Positions 58,804-64,000 of a DNA stretch of 64,000 nt are shown here, piece after piece. The notes under the pieces are model-generated. The model was not told where the DNA came from, made no database searches, and was given only the letters and a program-made list of their open reading frames with translations. Within the stretch, counting starts at the first letter, position 1. Every line of letters starts with the position of its first letter. The stretch is from positions 5,347 to 69,346 of the forward strand of contig JAKAGX010000001.1 of NCBI GenBank assembly GCA_021825465.1, read 5' to 3'. The position numbers and the translations under genes are program-made. This DNA is from a bacterium. GTDB lineage: Bacteria; Patescibacteriota; Minisyncoccia; UBA6257; GWB1-50-10.

Positions 58804-59826
58804 ATGAAAAATCAACTGGTGACCCTCGTACTTTCCGAGGTTCCCAAGGCGGTGAGGGGGAAGGTTTTTAAATCCGAGACGCAAAAAAGCTCTCCGCACT
58901 ATTTCCCCTCGTCCGTTCCCCATTTGGTGACCGTCGGCGAAGAAAAGAAGAAGATCGACGGGAGCGAAGTAACCTTTTCGATCCTCGGCTATATCCCCTA
59001 CATTCTCGTCATTCAAGCATCGATCGAGCTCAAAAACATCTTCGATCGCGAGCAAACGAGCGATTGGGAAAAGAGGTTGTACGAGGAAAGCTACACGATC
59101 GTCAAAAAGTGGGGCGGCAGCGAAGACATGAGCGAAATGTATTCGATCTTCGAGATCTCGGGATACGTCGGCGATCCGGAACAATTCCTCGTCCATGCCT
59201 CGACGATGGCCTCGCTCCTCAAATCGGAAACCATCAGCCTCGACCCGAAAGAGGTGGAGTACACTCTTTCCGCGCAAATCAAATACGCCAAACACGACCT
59301 CTCGATCATCGACTGGGACGGCGCGTTCCTTTTTGACGTCGAAGGCGACTTCGGCTTGGCCGTGGAACTTTTAATGCTCGCCAATCTCCAGCTCCTCCGC
59401 CACCGCATCCTCGACAAACGGTTGGACAACCAGCTTTTGAACATCCAAGACATCATGAAAAAACTCGGCGAAAAGAAATGGTTCTCCTCAACGAAGGCCG
59501 TTTCCGACGCAGCAAAGGATATCCTCGATCGGCGGCTGACATGGATTTCGGCATTCGAGTCGCTCGAACGGGACATCAAGCTCATCGGCGAGTGGTACTC
59601 GGCGCGATTTTACGACCTTGCAAGCCGCAAGCTTAAGTTGAGCGATTGGCGGACGGACGTCAAGGAAAAACTGGACTCGCTCGAGGATATTTATTCCTCC
59701 CTTGTGGAAAATTTCTCGGTTTCAGCAAAAGATCGAGCCGAATGGGTGGAACTCATCGCATGGTTCGTGCTCCAGGTCGGCTGGTTCATCCTCATCATTC
59801 TCGAGTTCCTCTACTTTACGAAATAA
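58804..59826 (+). CDS. hypothetical protein with C-terminal TM helix
   Basis: 340 aa, IIDWDGAF, coiled-coil region then hydrophobic C-terminus; TATAAT 8 nt before ATG. Confidence 0.78.
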   Translation: MKNQLVTLVLSEVPKAVRGKVFKSETQKSSPHYFPSSVPHLVTVGEEKKKIDGSEVTFSILGYIPYILVIQASIELKNIFDREQTSDWEKRLYEESYTIVKKWGGSEDMSEMYSIFEISGYVGDPEQFLVHASTMASLLKSETISLDPKEVEYTLSAQIKYAKHDLSIIDWDGAFLFDVEGDFGLAVELLMLANLQLLRHRILDKRLDNQLLNIQDIMKKLGEKKWFSSTKAVSDAAKDILDRRLTWISAFESLERDIKLIGEWYSARFYDLASRKLKLSDWRTDVKEKLDSLEDIYSSLVENFSVSAKDRAEWVELIAWFVLQVGWFILIILEFLYFTK

Positions 59827-59885
59827 GCAGATTATATAGTAGTTACAATCTATCTCTGCCGCATATCTACGTATATCCGCTCTAT

Positions 59886-60731
59886 CTAAAAAACCTTCAC
59901 GAAGCGGAGCGGGTCGACGGAGACGCCGTTCACCTTGATCGAGATATGGAGATGATCGCCGGTCGAGAGTCCCGTGTCACCCACAAGGCCGATGACCGTC
60001 CCCTTCTTCACTTCTTGCCCTACGCTCGCCACGATCTTCGAAAGGTGCAGATACATCGAATAGATCCCCTCGCCGTGATCGACGACAACCATATTGCCGT
60101 ACGAGACCGTCGATGTCGCGAATCGTACAATGCCTGCTTGCATCGCGCCGACGGCGCTCCCGGCGGGCGATGCAAAGTCGGTACCAAGATGCCAAAATTC
60201 TTGGCTCCCCATCTTTCGCAAGATTCCGTACCAGTCGGTGATGTGCGTGTTATTCAAAAGAGGCAACCCGAACGCGCCGGTGATATACGACTGCGGCGTC
60301 ACGGCATTCAAGATCTTGTCGAGCGTCGCATTTTCGTCATTCAAGCTTTGAACGAGTTCGGTCGGCGTCATGCCGATTTGCGGCGGAACGGCGAAGGTTT
60401 CCACCGTTATTTTTTTCTTTAAAACATCGATCCACTTTACCCTTGTCGCACCGTCCGCGAACGCAAGCGTTATTTTTTGCCAACCGGTTTGCGCCGTGAC
60501 CTTCAGCCCGACCGCCGCAATGTACCTTCCTCCGTACGGAAAGAAGTTCGCCGTTTCGCCCCCGAGCGTGGCGGTTTGCGGCGCGCTTGCGCTTCCCGAA
60601 ACCGTGATCCGTACCGTATCGCCTTGGACAGGATACATATTGGAAACGGAGATCGAAAGGACCGCAGCAGAAGAAAAAGAGGCAAGGGAAATGCCCGAAA
60701 TGAACAGTATGCAAAAGATGGTCTTTTTCAT
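59886..60731 (-). CDS. secreted M23 family peptidase
   Basis: Signal peptide, HLGTD, YGNMVVVDHG, YLHL, STGDHLH, VDP. Confidence 0.92.
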   Translation of the reverse strand: MKKTIFCILFISGISLASFSSAAVLSISVSNMYPVQGDTVRITVSGSASAPQTATLGGETANFFPYGGRYIAAVGLKVTAQTGWQKITLAFADGATRVKWIDVLKKKITVETFAVPPQIGMTPTELVQSLNDENATLDKILNAVTPQSYITGAFGLPLLNNTHITDWYGILRKMGSQEFWHLGTDFASPAGSAVGAMQAGIVRFATSTVSYGNMVVVDHGEGIYSMYLHLSKIVASVGQEVKKGTVIGLVGDTGLSTGDHLHISIKVNGVSVDPLRFVKVF

Positions 60732-60738
60732 TGGTCTT

Positions 60739-62037
60739 CTACTTATTATAACGGCCGAGGGCGGCAAAAGTTTCTTCCTTCAATTCTTTCAATGTCCCTT
60801 CCATGATCGCCTCCCTGATCTTCGCCATAAGGTCGTTGAAAAACCAAACATTGTGGATCGTTGCCAGCCTCCCTGCTTCTTGATCCTTTGCCTTGAAAAG
60901 ATCGTGCAACTCCTTGCGAGAAATTTCCCGCAAGCAGACGGGGCACGAACAATCGTTTTCGATCTTTCCTTTATCTTCCGCATACTTTCCTTTTCGAACA
61001 TCGAAACGACCCCGCTTCGTCCAGAGAGATCCGTGGCGCGCCTCTCTTGTCGGTATCACGCAATCGAATGTGTCGATCCCCCGTTCGACGCCCGCAAAGA
61101 TATCCTCGATGCGCCCGATGCCCAAGAGATGGCGCGGACGCCCTTCGGGGAGAAGCGGCGTCACCCAGTCGAGAACATCGAGCATTTCTTCCTTGCCGAA
61201 CGATCCGCCGATGCCGAAACCATCGAATGCCATCGATCCCACGATCCGCGCGCTTTCTTCCCGCAGGTCCTTGAACTCACCTCCTTGGACGATACCGTAG
61301 AGCGCTTGATCTTCCCGCTTTTTCGCCGCAAGCGACCGCAGGGCCCACCGATGCGTCCGCGCCATGCTTCCTTTCGTATACTCGTAATCGTTCAAAGGCG
61401 ACGTACATTCGTCGAACGCGAAGATGATATCGGCACCGAGCTTCTCCTGAATGTGCATCGAGATCTCCGGGTTCAGGAACCGCTCTTCTCCATCGTAAAA
61501 ATAGACCCCTTCTTCGGTTATCTTTACCAAGTTCCTATCGCTTCTTCCCGAATGCACGTTATCTCTCGTCGCCGGTTGTTCTTCGGCTCCAGCGGCCGAA
61601 GCCAACCTGCGCTCTCGCGCCGTCGAATCCGCTTCGCGAATACCAAGCTCGACGGTGCTCCGAGAGCCGCCTCGAGACAACGTGCTTTCGGGAAACCTCT
61701 GCGCTATCTTTCCGATTTTGTGTTCCCGGCCGAAACCGAAGCTGAAAACCTGGAAACCCCCGCTGTCGGTCATGAGGGGTCCCTGCCATTTCATCTTTTT
61801 ATGAAGGCCTTTGAAGGTTTCCAATTCATCGCCTAAATCCTTCCACATATGATACGTGTTCACGATGACGATCTCGGTTTTCGTTTCCGCGATATCCTCC
61901 GGTGCAAGCGTCCGGACGGCAGCATTCGTCCCGACCATGGTATAGGCGGGCGTTTCAACGGTGCCGTGGGGCGTTTCAATGACGCCCACTCGAGCGCGCG
62001 AATCTTTATCTTTTTTTACAACTTTAAAACTAAACAT
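60739..62037 (-). CDS. tgt: tRNA-guanine transglycosylase with in-frame insertion
   Basis: TPHG..ETP, TDSGGFQVFS, FDECT, YGIVQGG, PRHLLGIG, DCVIPTR, CSCPVC..HN. Confidence 0.95.
   Translation of the reverse strand: MFSFKVVKKDKDSRARVGVIETPHGTVETPAYTMVGTNAAVRTLAPEDIAETKTEIVIVNTYHMWKDLGDELETFKGLHKKMKWQGPLMTDSGGFQVFSFGFGREHKIGKIAQRFPESTLSRGGSRSTVELGIREADSTARERRLASAAGAEEQPATRDNVHSGRSDRNLVKITEEGVYFYDGEERFLNPEISMHIQEKLGADIIFAFDECTSPLNDYEYTKGSMARTHRWALRSLAAKKREDQALYGIVQGGEFKDLREESARIVGSMAFDGFGIGGSFGKEEMLDVLDWVTPLLPEGRPRHLLGIGRIEDIFAGVERGIDTFDCVIPTREARHGSLWTKRGRFDVRKGKYAEDKGKIENDCSCPVCLREISRKELHDLFKAKDQEAGRLATIHNVWFFNDLMAKIREAIMEGTLKELKEETFAALGRYNK
61545..61694. repeat. 150 bp structured palindromic element inside tgt
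   Basis: Terminal IR ttcccgaatgcacgttatctc / gagacaacgtgctttcgggaa (19/21), two internal hairpins. Confidence 0.82.
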
Positions 62038-62046
62038 AAAACTTCT

Positions 62047-62131
62047 TCGGCGCGATGACGGCATTTCCGCGAAGGCTAAGACTTGAGCCTCCCCGGAGAC
62101 AGCCTGAGCGGGAATGCCGACCGAGCGCCGA
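62047..62131. repeat. ~85 bp intergenic stem-loop element, copy 2
   Basis: Stem cggcatttccgc/gcgggaatgccg enclosing gaaggctaaga...ccccggag..agcct. Confidence 0.72.
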
Positions 62132-62135
62132 TCCC

Positions 62136-63779
62136 CTACTTCTTCATGTGCTCCGCTGCGTATTGGAGCGTATCCCCCACTTTCTTCCCCGGATTGAAAA
62201 TGCCATCCGGATCGAAGATCTTTTTCGTCTCTGTAAAGAGCGAAATGATCTTTTCACCGTACATTTCCTTGAGGTACGGCGTCCGGATGATCCCGTCGTT
62301 ATGCTCGGCAGTGATGGAACCGCCGTATTTGAAGATCAATTGATAGACCTGTTCCGTCACCTCCGGGATGATCTTCCGCGTTTCCGGATCGTCCATATGC
62401 ACGAGCGGGATGATGTGGAAATTCCCGTTCCCCGGGTGGCCGGCGATCGTATAGACCAGTTTGTCCTTGTATTTGTCGAGGATCGCGTTCACCTGCGGCA
62501 ATATTTCGGGCATATATTTCGGCTCGACAATGATGTCATCGATGAAGGCAGCGGCATCCATTCCCTTCACGTGGCTGTGGATCAAGGCGAAGCTTTGCCG
62601 GCGGATGGTCCAGTACTCTTCTGATTCGGCATCGCTCTTCACGTTCCGGACCAAGAGCTTGTATTTTGTGGCTGCCGCGACGATCTCCTGGGCTTTCCGC
62701 TCCAATTCTTTTTCGTCGTCGGCCGTTACGGAAACGAGAATGATCATTTTCGGCATTCCTCCGCTCCGGAGGAGCATCCCGATCTCGGGAATGAACTCGA
62801 ACATAAGCTTGAAAAGGCCGCCTTTCATGAGCTTCATCAGGGTCGGGAAAAAGCGGATCGCAAGACCCATCGTTTTGTCGTCGTACGATTCGATGCTTTC
62901 GGGTTTCAAGGCCAAAAGGTCGTTCACGAGATCCGGCACGGGATCGAGCGTCTTCGAAAAGATGACGACAAGCCGGGTGTATTTCGGCGCAGGGACCAAG
63001 CGGAGGCGAGCTGCCGTCAAAAGCCCGAAGGTCCCCTGCGACCCCACGATCACTTTCGTGATATCGAAGGTTTTTTTGTCCCACACGTTCCACAAATAGT
63101 AGCCGGCGGAGTTTTTGCTGACCTTCGGCTTCGCAGCCATAATCGTTTCATAGTTGTCGTTGATCAACTGATAGAGTTTCCGGTAAACATCGCCTTCGAA
63201 GCCTTGTTCCTTGAGCTTTGCTTCGAGTTTTTCCCCCGATAAAGGCTCGAGATAATGTTCTTTGCCGTCGGCGAGAACGATATGAAGGCCCTCGACGAAA
63301 TTTTCCGTTTTACCGTACTGCAGGGTCAGTTCGCCGCCGGAGTTGTTATTTACCATTCCTCCGAGTGCGCACAGGTCCTTCGATGCCGGATATGCCGGAT
63401 AAAGCAGATTTTTCGCCTTCAGCTCCCGCTCCAAATCGCGGAAGTAAACGCCGGGCTCCACGACGACATATCCTTCCTTTTCATTGATCTCTCGGACGTG
63501 GTTGAAATACTTCGTGAATTCGACGATGACCGATTCGTTCAAGGGCCCGCCTGACATATCGGTCCCTGCAGATCGGCCGGTCACGGATATTTTTTCGCCT
63601 GCCTTCTTTTTCGCTTCCGCGAATTGAACGAGCTTCTCGACATCTTCCTTGTCTTTCGGAAAAACGACGGTTTCCGGCCGTACGTTGAAGATCGAATAAT
63701 CATGACTGTAATCCGCCAAGGTTTTCTCGTCGTTTGCTACATCTCCCTTTACAATTTTTTTTAATTCATCTATGAGCAT
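62136..63779 (-). CDS. FAD-binding oxidoreductase (D-lactate dehydrogenase/GlcD family)
   Basis: RSAGTDMSGG, GGMVNNNSGG, GSQGTFG, GHPGNGNFH, ITAEHNDG, FDPDGIFNPGK. Confidence 0.9.
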   Translation of the reverse strand: MLIDELKKIVKGDVANDEKTLADYSHDYSIFNVRPETVVFPKDKEDVEKLVQFAEAKKKAGEKISVTGRSAGTDMSGGPLNESVIVEFTKYFNHVREINEKEGYVVVEPGVYFRDLERELKAKNLLYPAYPASKDLCALGGMVNNNSGGELTLQYGKTENFVEGLHIVLADGKEHYLEPLSGEKLEAKLKEQGFEGDVYRKLYQLINDNYETIMAAKPKVSKNSAGYYLWNVWDKKTFDITKVIVGSQGTFGLLTAARLRLVPAPKYTRLVVIFSKTLDPVPDLVNDLLALKPESIESYDDKTMGLAIRFFPTLMKLMKGGLFKLMFEFIPEIGMLLRSGGMPKMIILVSVTADDEKELERKAQEIVAAATKYKLLVRNVKSDAESEEYWTIRRQSFALIHSHVKGMDAAAFIDDIIVEPKYMPEILPQVNAILDKYKDKLVYTIAGHPGNGNFHIIPLVHMDDPETRKIIPEVTEQVYQLIFKYGGSITAEHNDGIIRTPYLKEMYGEKIISLFTETKKIFDPDGIFNPGKKVGDTLQYAAEHMKK

Positions 63780-63780
63780 A

Positions 63781-63917
63781 AAGATTTACAAAATTCCAAA
63801 ATCCAAATTTCAAATATCAAATCAAACCCAAATGACTGAATGTCAAAATGTTATCCGTTTTTGGCATTTGGATTTCATGCATTGATTTGGCATTTGTCAT
63901 TTGAACTTTGATATTAG
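63781..63917. repeat. AT-rich imperfect palindromic element of degenerate 7-8 nt units
   Basis: caaattc caaaatc caaattt caaatat caaat ... tttggca tttgga ... tttggca tttgtca tttgaac. Confidence 0.65.
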
Positions 63918-64000
63918 ATCCTTCAAATCCTTGACGACCTCTTCGGCATGAACCGCGGGATTCACATCCTTATAAATCTTTGCGATTTTTCCCTTCGGAT
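63897..64000 (-). CDS. peroxiredoxin (BCP-type) C-terminal fragment
   Basis: Manual translation PKGKIAKIYKDVNPAVHAEEVVKDLKDLISKFK* resembles the Bcp C-terminus; truncated by the window edge. Confidence 0.7.
   Translation of the reverse strand, partial: PKGKIAKIYKDVNPAVHAEEVVKDLKDLISKFK

Overview
This is a gene-dense bacterial chromosomal window transcribed mostly on the minus strand. Gene content (short GAD-less AspRS, split ComEC, two VirD4/TraG-like ATPases without a mating-pair apparatus, sigma-region-4/HTH protein next to secDF, many -10 boxes just upstream of start codons) suggests a Patescibacteria/CPR (Parcubacteria-like) genome; this assignment is inference. Housekeeping genes include nth, a P1B ATPase, ppsA, glycerate kinase, aspS, comEC, mnmA, efp, pepA, cutA, secD/secF, an M23 peptidase, tgt and an FAD oxidoreductase. 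The dominant feature is an array of 13 co-oriented paralogous 550-600 aa Cys-rich genes (24.5-51.4 kb). Each has duplicated Zn-finger modules at both ends and two Cys-rich repeat blocks in the middle, and several share short nucleotide-identical tracts. A second notable signal is a ~150 bp structured palindromic element with co-varying stems, inserted in-frame and in opposite orientations into mnmA and tgt. Two other small structured repeat families occur in intergenic regions. No CRISPR array, tRNA, rRNA, integrase, transposase or reverse transcriptase was seen. All calls come from visual reading of the sequence and ORF track; no searches were run.
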